Assembly: GCF_030144855.1 (NCBI RefSeq)
Contig: NC_082712.1
Span: 13,268,001-13,332,000, forward strand
From: Hypanus sabinus
Taxonomy: Eukaryota
DNA length: 64,000 bases
Reading direction: 5' to 3'
The notes under the pieces were generated by a model. The model was not told where the DNA came from. It saw nothing but the letters and a program-made list of their open reading frames with translations, and ran no database searches. Both the position numbers and the translations under genes were made by a program. Numbering within the stretch: the stretch's first letter is position 1; every line of letters starts with the position of its first letter. This document shows, piece after piece, positions 13,401 to 25,400 of this stretch.

Positions 13401-16400
13401 TAGGTATGTTCCATTGAGGCAAGGAAAGGTTGGTAGGGTTAATGAACCATGGTGTACAAAGGATGTAGAAAATCTAGTTAAGCAGAAAAGAAAAGCGTAC
13501 AAAAGGTTCAAGAAACTAGGTACTGTTAGAGCTCTAGAAACTTCCAAGGTTGCTAAGAAGGAGCTTAAGAATGGAATTAGGAGAGCCAGAAGGGGCCATG
13601 AGAAGGTCTTGGTGAGCAGGATTAAGGAAAACCCTAAACATTCTACAAGTATGTGAAGAGCACGAGGGTGACCCGTGTGAGAATAGGACCCATTAGGTGC
13701 GATGGTGGAAACGTGTGCATGGAGAGAGAATGTGCCAGACCTTTCGAAAAGCATAAAGTTAGATAGTTCACTGGGACTGGATGAGATATAGCCCAGGGTA
13801 CTGTGGGAAGTGAGGGAGGAGATTGCTGAGCCTCTTGCAATGATCGTTGCATCATCGATAGGAATGGGGGAAGTACCAGAGTATTGGAAGTTTACAAATG
13901 TTGTTCCCTTGATCAAGAAAGGGAGTAGAGATAACCCAGGAAAGTATGGACCAGAGAGTCTGACTTCAGTGGTGGGCAATTTCCTGGACAATATCCTGAA
14001 AGGCAGGATTTATGAGTATTTGGAGAGACATCATCTGATTAGGGATAATCAGCATAGCTTTGTCAAGGGCAGGTCGTGCCTTACGAGCCTGATTGAAGTC
14101 CCTGAGGATGTAACAAAACACATGGATGAAGGTAAATCAGCTGATGTAGTGAATATGGATTTCATTTGGGCATTCCATAAGGTTTCCCATGCAAGGCTCC
14201 TTCGGAAAGTCAGGAGGCATGGGATCCAAGGAGACCTTGATTTGTGGATCCAGAATTGGCTTGACCACAGAAGACAAAGGGTGACGTAGATGGTCCATGT
14301 TCTGCATGGAGGTCGGTGGACTGTGGAGTTTCGCCAGGATCTGTACTGGTTTCCGTCCTCGTTGTAATTTTTAAGTGACCTGGATGAAGAAGTAGAAGGA
14401 TGGGTTAGAAAGTTTGCTGATGACACAAAGATTGGAGGTGTTTTGGATAGTGTGGAGGGCTGTCAGAGGCTACAGTGGGAAATTGATAGGATGCAGAACT
14501 GGGCTGAGAAGTGGCATATGGACTTCAACCTGGATAAGTGTGAAGTGGTTCATTTTGCTAGGTCAAATATGATGGCAGAATATAGTATTAATGGTAAGTC
14601 TTGGCAGTGTGGAGGATCAAAGAGATCATTGGGTCTGTGTTCATAGGACACTCAAAGCTGCTGCACAGGTTGACAGTGTTGTTAAGAAGGTATATGGTGT
14701 GTTGGCATTTATCAGTTGTCGGATTGAGTTCAAGAGCCAAGAGGTAATGTTACAGCGATATAAGACCCTGGTCAGACCCTACTTGGAGTACTGTGCTTAG
14801 TTCTGGTCACTTCACTACAGGAAGAATGTGGATACTATAGAGAGTGCGAAGAGGAGATTTACGAGGATGTTGCCTGGATTGGGGAGCATACCTTATGAGA
14901 ATAGGTTGAGTGATCTTGGCCTTTTCTCCTTGGAGTGACGGAGGATGAGAGGTGACCTGATAGGGGTGTATAAGATGACGAGGGGCATTGATCATGTTGA
15001 TACCCAGAGGCTTTTTCCCAGGGCTGAAATGGCTAAAATGAGGGGGAATAGTTTGAAGGTGCTTGGAAATAGGTACCGAGGTGATGTCAGGAGTAAGTTT
15101 TTCACAAGTGAGTGCGTGGAATGCACTGTCAGTGGCGGTGATGAAAGTGTATAATAGGGTCTTTTAAGAGCCCGCAAGAGTACGTGGAGCTTAGAAAAGT
15201 AGAGAACTATGCGCTAGGGAAATTCTAGGCCGTTTTTAGAGCAGGTTTCCATGGTTGGTACAACATTATGCTACGAAGCACCTGCAATGTTCTGTAAATT
15301 TCTATATTCTGTGTTCTAAGACAATATACAAAGGTGGGGGGGAGGGGATGGTGGTGAGCAGGTGAGAGAGAGGGTGTCTGGGTAGGGCAGTGGAATGAAG
15401 TAAGAAGCTAGGAGGTGATAGGTGGAAAAGGTAAAGTGCTGAAGAAGAAGGGATCTGATAGGATAGGAGAGTAGACCATGGGAGGAAAGGATGGAGAAGG
15501 GGAATCAGAGGGAGGTGATAGGCAGGTAAGGAGAAAAGGAGGGCATATCAGAGAGAAGGGAGAAGGGAGGAGAAATTACCACTACTTGGAGAAATCGATG
15601 CTGATGCTTTCAGGATGGAGGCCCCCCCCCCCCCCCCCCCGATGGAATCTGAGATGTTCTTCCACCAAATGACTATAGGAAAGATGTTCTCCAAATCCAC
15701 TCTACCCAGGCCTATCAATACTCAAACCGACTACAGGAACAATCCTCTCCAGATCCACTCTATCTAGGCCTATAAATATTCAGGTTACCTATCAGGTTGC
15801 AAAGAGATCCCCCCTCAATGACTATAACCTCTTGATTCTTATTCTCGGTGTCCTTTCCCCTTCTCCACCCAGGCTAAAGTCATGAAGTTTTGTTACAGCC
15901 TTATAAAACTCTAGCTAGGCCACATCTGGAGTATTGTGTACAGTTCTGGTCACCCCACTGTAGGAGGTATGTTGAGGCTTTGGAGAGGGTACAGACGAGG
16001 TTCACCAGGATGATGCCTGGATTAGAGGGCATGTGCTATATGTTTTCTCTGGAGCGACGGAGTCTGAGGGGTGATTTGATAGAGTTTGTAAGATTATGAG
16101 AGGCACAGAGAGAGCAGACAGAGAGTATCTTCCTCCCAGGGTTGAAATGTCTAACACCAAAGGCCTGCGTTGAAGGTGAAAGGGGTTTAGAGGGGATGTG
16201 AGGGGTAAATGTTTTACACAGACAGTGCCGGGTGACTGGAATGCTCTGCCTGGGGAGGTGTTACAGGCAGATACATTAGTGGCTTTTAAGAGACATTTTG
16301 ATCAGCACATGAACAGACATTGGACATTGAAATGGACATTGTGTAGGCAGAGGGGTTAGTTTAGTAGGTCACTAATTTAATTGGTTTAGCACAACATTGT

Positions 16401-19400
16401 GGGCTGAAGGGCCTGTGCCTGTGCTCTACTGCTCTGTGTTGTATGTTCTCATGTTAAATACAGTAAATCTATGATCATCTGCTACTGAGAAATCCCGGTT
16501 GTTGCCTCCCTGGCTCACCAGGTGCCTGAGGTTCACGGAGCCATTCTGTTTCCCATTATCAGGTAATAAAAATGAACTTCTGACATCACGATCGACCACA
16601 ACGTGAGTAACACACAAAATGCTGGAGGATCTCAGCAGCTCAGGCAGCTTCTATGGAGGGGAATAAACAGTCAATATTTTGGCCTGGGACCCTTCACCAG
16701 GACTGGAAAGGAAGGTGAAAGATGCCAGAATCTGGTGGTGAGGGGAGGGGGAATGGCTGGGTTGTTCTTACACAGGGCCAGTATGAACTCAATGGGCTGA
16801 ATGTCCTCCTGAATGCTACAACTGTTCCGTCACTCCGAGCTAATTCCAAGAGCTCTCCTCTCCGTAACCGGTGCCCCCGATTCTCCAAACACTTCCCCAC
16901 CTGAAAATGAAGTGGCAGGATTGTAAAAGCCATCGGCCCCGGGGAACAGACGAGAATGACAAACCCCCGAAACCCTGACTCGACCCCAGCCTGTAACGCT
17001 CTATATTTCAATAAGAGTCTGAGGTGAACTGGTTTGTCACCAGAGACACTGGCAAATTTCTACAGAGATACCTGGGGAGCGTTCTAACTGGCTGCATCAC
17101 CGTCTGGTCTGGTGGGGCCACTGCTCAGGATCAGAAAGACCAGCAGAAAGTTATAAACTCAATCAGCTCCATCGTGAGCACTGGTGTCCCCAGCACCCAG
17201 GACACCTTCAAAATGCAACGCCTCAAAAAGGTGGCATCCATCATTACGGACCCAGCACCCAGGACATGCCCTCTTCTTGTTGCCACCATCAGGGAGGAGG
17301 AACAGGAGCCTGAAGACACACACTTACCAATTCAGGAACAGCTTCTTCCCCTCCACCATCAGATTTCTGAATGGTCAATGAATCCATGAGCTCTTCCTCA
17401 GAATTTTTCCACTCTTTTTGCCCAACTTGTTTATTTCCTTTCCTTAGTTTATATGCACTGACTGCAATTTATAGGTTTTATTATTATACATTGCCTTGAA
17501 CTGCTGCCGCAAAACAACAAATTTCATGACATACGCCAGTGATGCAATCTCGTTGTCTATTCTATTGTTTCTATATTAAATCTGATTCTGATTCTGACGT
17601 AACCCCCACTCCGGTCTCTACAGCACCAACCGCAGCGTGTAGCCCACTCCTGAGTATCCATTATTGCACATGTAAACCCCCCAGCCTGGACCCTCCTATG
17701 GATCACAGCCTGTTCCCAGTCCTGGATATCCATTACTGATCATTTAGTTGTCAGGCCCTGCTGGTGTATCTGGAAGATCGCTGAAATCCTGTGTCAATCA
17801 ACTGTTGGGAAAGATGAAGGATGTCTTCAATCCTTCACTGCTGCAGTCAGAAGCCCCACCTGCTTCAAAAGGGTAACATCAGACCGGTCGATGCCCAGGC
17901 AGAGCAGGGTGAGCTGCCTTAACGACCATCACCCAGTGGCACTCACATCTACTGCCATGAAATGCCTTGAGAGGTTGGTCTTGGCTGGAATCCACTCCTG
18001 CCTCAGGAAGAGCCTGGGCCCATGGCAATTTGCCCGTCACCACAACAGGTCTACAGTAGATGCAATCTCACTGGCTTCTCACGTGGCCTTGGCTCACCCG
18101 GACAACAGCAAAACCTTTGCACTGCTTATCAAATTGAACTTTTATATATATTTATTGTAAAGTTGGAGGTGAAGTTAATGAAGTCGACGAGCTCAGCATG
18201 TGTGCAGGAAGCAGCGCCGATGCAGTCGTCGATATAACGTAAGAAAAGAGGAGAACAGATACCGGTGTAGGCTTGGAACATAGATTGCTCCACATGGCTG
18301 ACAAAAAGGCAGGCATAGCTAGGACCCATGCGGGTGCCCATGGCTACACCTTTAGTTTGGAGGAAGTGGGAGGAGCCAAGGAGAAATTGTTAAGCGTGAC
18401 GACTAATTCCGCAAGGCGGAGAAGAGTGGTGGTAGAGGGTGACTGACTGGGTCTGGAATCCAGGAAGAAACGGAGAGCTCGGAGACCTTCCTGGTGGGGG
18501 ATAGAGGTATATAGGGACTGGACGTCCATGTTGAAAATGAGGTGGTGGGGGCCAGGAAACTTGAAATCTTTGAAGAGATGTAAAGCATGGGAAGAATCAC
18601 GGACATAGGTGGGAAGGGTTTGAACAAGGGGAGATAAAACAGAGTCGAGATAGGCAGAAATGAGTTCAGTGGGGCAGGAGCAAGCAGAGACAATGGGTCT
18701 GCCTGGACAGGCAGGTTTGTGAATCTCCATGTCTGTTTCCCAGATTTTTCACCCACTTTCCCCACCTTCCCCACGCTTGACCCGGTTCCACCTGCCAGAC
18801 GCATCTCCCCCAGTGGGTCCCATTCTCATCTCAGAGTATCAGGCTGGAGAGTGAGTCCTTGGTGGTCCTCCCTCAAACAACTGATTACAATCACCTCTCT
18901 CCATCTGAATCTCCTTTCCTTCCCTCTTCTCCATCTGTCACCACTTACCACATCTCCCATCCCCCTTCCCCTCCCTACCCAGCACAACCTGCCCTTAACC
19001 TCACACCCCACCTCAATCACCTCAGACCCGTCTCACCCCACCTCAATCCTCAATCACCTGATACTCCTGTCCCACCCTCCTCAATCTATCAATCACCTCA
19101 GTATCCTGTCCCACCCCTCCTCTATCACCTCTGACTCCTCTCTCACCCCTCCTCTGTCCATCAATCACCTCAGATTCCAGTTTCACTTCCCCTTTCCCTC
19201 TGGCCATTCGACATTCCTCTAACAGTCCCGATGCAAACCAAGACTTCAACGTCTTTTCACACCCACAGATGCAGCTCGACCGGCTGAATTCCTTCAGCAG
19301 ATTGTTGTTCAAATATCGTCCTCTATCTCTCTCTCTCACTCAATTTCTCACTCACTCTCTCTATCACTGCCTCTCTCTCTCTTTCACTGTCTCTCTCTAT

Positions 19401-22400
19401 CTCACTCTCTCTCATTCACTCTCTCACTCTCACTCATTCACTATCTCTCTCTCTGACTCTCTCATTCACTCACTCACATACACTCTCACTATCTCTCTGT
19501 CCCCAGACTATTCCATGAATGGTTGGACAATGTCCGGCGCTGATGTGGTCTCTGCGGTGGAAGGCGCCTCCGCCGTGTTACCGTGTACTTTCACCCACCT
19601 ACCTCCTGATGTCGCCCTGAGAGGCTCCGTGATCTGGAACAAGACCGAACCAGGTGCTACAAAACCGGTGTTTAAGTGCACACATCCCGGTTCCGGCCCC
19701 TCCGGGTGCGATACAACGACACAGGAGGCTGGAGGAGGGCGGTTCGGATTCGTGGGGAACCTCAGTCGGAGAGATGCCTCGATAATGGTGGAGCGACTGA
19801 ACCGGAGTGACGGTGGTCGGTATTGGTGCCGGGTGGAGCTCAATGTTAACAGCTTTCAAACGGTGGTTCTAACAAATCTGTCTGTGAGAGGTGAGGACCG
19901 ATGTTTAAGCATTGAGTTGTAAAACTACACTAATCATTTCACATTTCATCTCACTGAAAGCTCATTTTATTCATAATGTACAAGTATATTTTGCAGGACG
20001 ATCATGTCAAATAGATGTGATTGTCATGTGCACTAGCACATAGAACAACAGCACTGTACAGGCCCTTCAGCCCACAATGTTGTGCTGACCCTTAAACCTG
20101 CTCCAAGATCAATTTCTCCCCCTTGCCTCCCACATGCCCTCCATTTTTACATCATCCGTGTCTCTAAGAGTCTCTCTCCCTCTCCCCTCCCTCTCCCCCC
20201 CCCTCCCACTCTCCGCCCTCCCCCTCTTCCCCTCCCCCTCCCTCTCCCCTCTCTCTCCCTCCCCCCTGTACGTGACGCTGCCCACTCCATCTCTGGCAGC
20301 ATTCAGGGCTTCCTTCATCGTGTCAGTAGCTTCCTCTCGGTTTTCACTGCTGTCAGTCATACAATTCCCGAGTGGGACTCAGGAATACCGTCACACTCAG
20401 ATGTCGAAGGATTCTCCATTGCTGTTTCCATAACAACATTGTTTTACCCGTCAGGGTTGTTACCCTGAGCTGAACCCCCGAACCTGGAGGATCAGTGATC
20501 CTCTCTTACAGAGAATATAGAAACAGAAATCTACAGCACATTCCAGGCCATTCGGCCCACAATGCTGTACTGACCATGTAACCTACTCTAGAGAGATTAC
20601 CTCTTTCTTTTTCAATCTTTTTATTAGTTTTTATAAAAAAAACATAATATTATATTAAATAGGTTATGAATACAATAGATTTGAAATTAAATTAGTAACA
20701 AGATAAAAATATCTTATTAAACTATCAGCGAAAAAAGATCGTACAATAATCAATCTAATCTACATTGATTATACATGAAAAAGATTAAAAATAATCATCA
20801 AAAGAAAAAAAAGTATAAAATACAAGAAAAAATGTATATTTAAGAAAATAATGAAAAAAAACTAAACTAACATGGGCAGTAATAATAGTTTATATGTATA
20901 TGATAGTGTCAAAAAACTCCGGAACTCCATACCAGAACAAGAATAATAAGAATAAAGGTCCGGAAGAAGCCAAATTAATTCATATGAAAGTGTCGAATGA
21001 ATGGTCCCCAAGTTTCTTCAAATTTAATTGATGAATCAAAAATAGTACTTCTAATTTTCTCTAAACTTAAACAAGAAATAGTTTGAGAGAACCACTGAAA
21101 TGTGGTAGGAGGATTTATTTCTTTCCAATTTTGTAATATAGATCTCCTGGCCATTAATGTTACAAAGGCAATCATTCGTCTAATTGAAGGGGAGAATCGA
21201 CTATCATCTTCATTTGGTATACCAAAAATTGCAGTGATAAAATGAGGTTGTAAATCAATATTCCAAATTGAGGAAATGGTAGCAAATATGTCCTTCCAAT
21301 AATTATGTAAAGTAGGACATGACCAAAACATGTGGGTCAATGAAGCCACATCTAAATGACATCTGTCACATTGAGGGTTAACATGAGAATAAAACCGAGC
21401 AAGCTTATCTTTAGACATATGAGCTCTATGTACAACCTTAAATTGTATTAAAGCATGTTTAGCACATATAGAAGAAGAATTAACCATTTGTAAAATTTTT
21501 TCCCATTTTTCCGTTGAAATATTGTATTGAAGTTCTTTTTCCCATTCCTGTTTAATTCTACCCGATACCTCTGGTTGTATTTTCATAATCATATTATAAA
21601 TAAGAGCCACTAATCTCTTCTGACAGGGATTTAAAGTAAAAATCATATCTGAAAAATCTATCAAAGCTGAATTAGGAAAGGATGGTAAAACTTTATGCAA
21701 GAAGTTTCTAATTTGTAAATATCTAAAAAAATTAGATTTAGGTAATTTAAATTTGTTAGAAAGTTGATCAAAAGACATCAAACTACCTTCAGAAAAAAGA
21801 TCACGAAAACATATTATACCTTTCCTTTTCCATATGCTAAAAGCTTGATCTATTAAAGAAGGTTTAAAGAAAAAATTAAGATAGGGCTATCAAGAACGAA
21901 GTTTTTTAGAGTAAAAAATTTACGAAATTGAAACCAAATTCGTATGTATGTTTGACAATAGGGTTAGATATCTGTTTATTAAGTTTAACTAAATCAACAG
22001 GGAGAGAAGAACCAAGAACAGAAAATAGAGAATATCCTTGTGTATCATTACATTCTAAATTTACCCACTGTGGGCACAATGGTAAATCTAAATCTAATTT
22101 CCAGTATAATAAATTCCGAATATTATTCGCCCAATAGTAAAATCTAAAATTGGGTAAAGCTAAACCACCATCTTTTTTAGATTTCTGTAACTGTCTTTTA
22201 CTTAATCTGGGGTTTTTATTTTGCCACACAAATGAGGAAATTTTTGAATCAATGCTATCAAAAAAAGACTTAGGAATAAAAATTGGTAAGGCTTGAAATA
22301 AATATAAAAATTTCGGTAAAATCATCATTTTAACAGCATTGATCCGACCAAACAATGATAAGGATAAAGGAGACCATCTAGTAGTAAGTTGTTGAATTTG

Positions 22401-25400
22401 ATGAAGCATAGGTAAAAAATTCAATCTGAATAAATCTTTATATTTCTTGGTAATTTTTATACCTAAATAAATAAAATTGTCAGTAACAATTTTAAATGGT
22501 ATCCTGTCATTCAGTAAAGTTTGTGCATTTAAAGGGAAGAGTTCACTCTTATCCAAATTTAATTTGTAACCAGAAAAACTACCAAATTGAACCAACAAGG
22601 ATAGAATAGCGGGAATAGAATTATCAGGATCAGAAATATATAACAACAAGTCATCAGCATAGAGCGATAACTTGTATAATTTCTCATTACGGGTAATACC
22701 AAAAATATTAGGGGATTCACGAATAGCAATGGCTAAAGGTTCTAATGCAATATTAAATAATAAAGGACTTAAGGGACAACCTTGTCTCGTACCACGAGAT
22801 AATTGAAAAAAAGAGGATCTATAATTATTCGTAAGGACAGAAGCAACAGGTTTATAATATATTAATTTAATCCATGATATAAAATTAGAACTAAAGTTAA
22901 AATGTTTCAAGGCATTAAATAAGTATATCCATTCAACTCTATCAAAAGCTTTTTCAGCATCTAATGAAATAACACATTCTGGGGTTGTGGGTGAGGAAGT
23001 GTAAATTATATTGATCAATTTTCTAACATTAAAAAAGGAGTATCGGTTCCTAATGAAACCAGTTTGATCTCCTGAAATAATCTGTGATAGTACCTTTTCT
23101 AACCTAACAGCTAAAATTTTTGTAAGAATCTTAGAGTCTACATTTAGTAACGATATAGGGCGATAAGATGCACATAAAGTAGGATCTTTATCTTTTTTAA
23201 GAATTAAAGAAATAGTAGCTTCATAAAAAGACTGGGGTAGTCTCTTCTTAATAAATGCATCATTAAAGATTTCACATAACCAAGGGGAAAGCAAAGAAGA
23301 AAAAGTTTTAAAAAATTCTATAATATAACCATCGGGGCCAGGAGCTTTCCCTGAATTCATCGATGAAATAGCCTCTCCTACCTCCGCCATAGAAATAGGA
23401 GCATCAAATAAACTTCGATCTTCATCTGTCAGTTTGGGAATATTCAAATTGTTAAAAAAATTATCCATCATAGACATATCACCATCAAATTCTGATTGAT
23501 ATAAAGATTTATAAAAATCTTGGAAAGTATTATTAATTTCTTTATGATCAGTAGTCAGATTACCGTCTTGTTTACAAATTTTAATAATTTGTCGCTTAGT
23601 CGAAATAGCTTTTAATTGATTAGCTAACAATTTACCAGTACGATCACTATGAATATAAAATTGAGCCCTGGTCTTAATTAATTGATTCTCAATTGAAGAA
23701 GATAACAGTAAGCTATGTTCCATTTGCAGCTCAACTCTCTTCTTATAAAGTTCCTTGGTAGGAGTAACGGAATAAATCTTATCAATTTCTTTAATTTTAT
23801 CCACCAATAAAGCTATATCTAAATATCTTTGTTTTCTTTTCCCAGCAGAATATGAGATAATTTGTCCATGAATAAAAGCCTTAAAAGAGTCCCAAAGTAT
23901 TCCTCTGTCAATCTCTTCGGTATAGTTTGTTGAAAAAGAGAGATTACCTCAGGGCTCTTGAACTCAATCCCACAGCTGATGAATGCCAGTACACCAGACA
24001 CCTTCTTAACACCACTGTCAACCTGTGCAGCAGCTTTGAGTGTCCTATGGACAGAGTCCCCAAGATCCAGCTCATCCTCCACACTGCCACCAGTCTTACC
24101 ATTCATATATTCTGTATTCAAATTTGACCTACCAGCATGAATCACTTCACACTTAACTGGGTTGAACTCCATCTGTTCTACACACCCTCCACTCTGTGTG
24201 TAATGAACCTGCCTCTGACCTCTGACATCCCCCCAATACTTTCCAGGAAAAGTCTCTGGCTGTCTGCTCGATTATGCCTCTTATCATCTTGTTCACCTCT
24301 ATCAAGTCACCTCTCATCTTTCTTCACTCCCAAGAGAAATTCTCCAGCTCGCTCAACCTTTCCTCATTAAACATCCTCTCTGGTCCAGGCAGCATCCTGG
24401 TCGATCTCCTCTACATCCTCACGAAAGCTTCCTCATCCTTCCTGTAATGAGGTGAGTGGAACTGAACTTACTTGCTGCTGCAGGGATGATTTTCATTGCA
24501 TGTCTGCCTACGTGTCTGCACAGGTACAGTGAAAATCCAGTTGCCGTAGCAACACAGGCACAGAGCGTTGCATCAGAAAAGCAGCAATCAAGGTCAAGTT
24601 TATTGCCATCTGACTGTACACAGATACAGAACGTCAAGGTGTCTTGTACATCAGTCAATGAAAGTAAGCATGCAGGTACAGCAGGCAGTGAAGAAAGCTA
24701 ATGACATGCTGGCTTTTATAACAAGAGGAATTGAGTATAGGAGTAAAGAGGTCCTTCTGCAGTTGTACAGGGCCCTGGTGAGACCTCACCTGGAGTACTG
24801 TGTGCAGTTTTGGTCTCCAAATTTGAAGAAGGACATTCTTGCTATTGAGGGAGTGCAGCGTAGGTTCACAAGGTTAATTCCCGGAATGACGGGACTGTTA
24901 TATGTTGAAAGATTGGAGTGACTGGGCTTGTATACACTGGAATTTAGAAGGATGAGAGGGGATCTGATTGAGACATATAAGATTATTAAGGGATTGGACA
25001 TGCTGGAGGCAGGAAGCATGTTCTGGCTGATGGGTGAGTCCAGAACTAGAGGCCACAGTTTAAGAATAAGGGGTAGGCCATTTAGAACTGAGATGCGGAA
25101 AAATTTTTTCACCCAGAGAGTGGTGGATATGTGGAATACTCTGCCCCAGAAGGCAGTGGAAGCCAAGTCTCTGGATGCACTCAAGAGAGAGTTAGATAGA
25201 GCTCTTATAGATAGCGGGGTCAAGGGATATGGGGGAGAGGGCAGGAATGGGGTACTGATTGTGTATGATCAGCCATGATCACAGTGAATGGCAGTGCTGG
25301 CTAGAAGGGCCGAATGGCCTACTCCTGCACCTATTGTCTATTGTAAACTCGGGATTGCAGCCTGTGCCACAAGACAGAGAGGGTAGGAACAGGAAGTTAT

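Noticed and set aside
13365-13991. 208 aa minus-strand ORF and similar antisense ORFs (24786-25223, 27226-27582, 52310-52817)
   Set aside because: These are antisense shadows of CR1 or Penelope coding sequence.
19269-19506. S/L/H/T-rich N-terminal part of ORF 19269-19922
   Set aside because: It is a translation of the CT microsatellite upstream of a clear splice acceptor.
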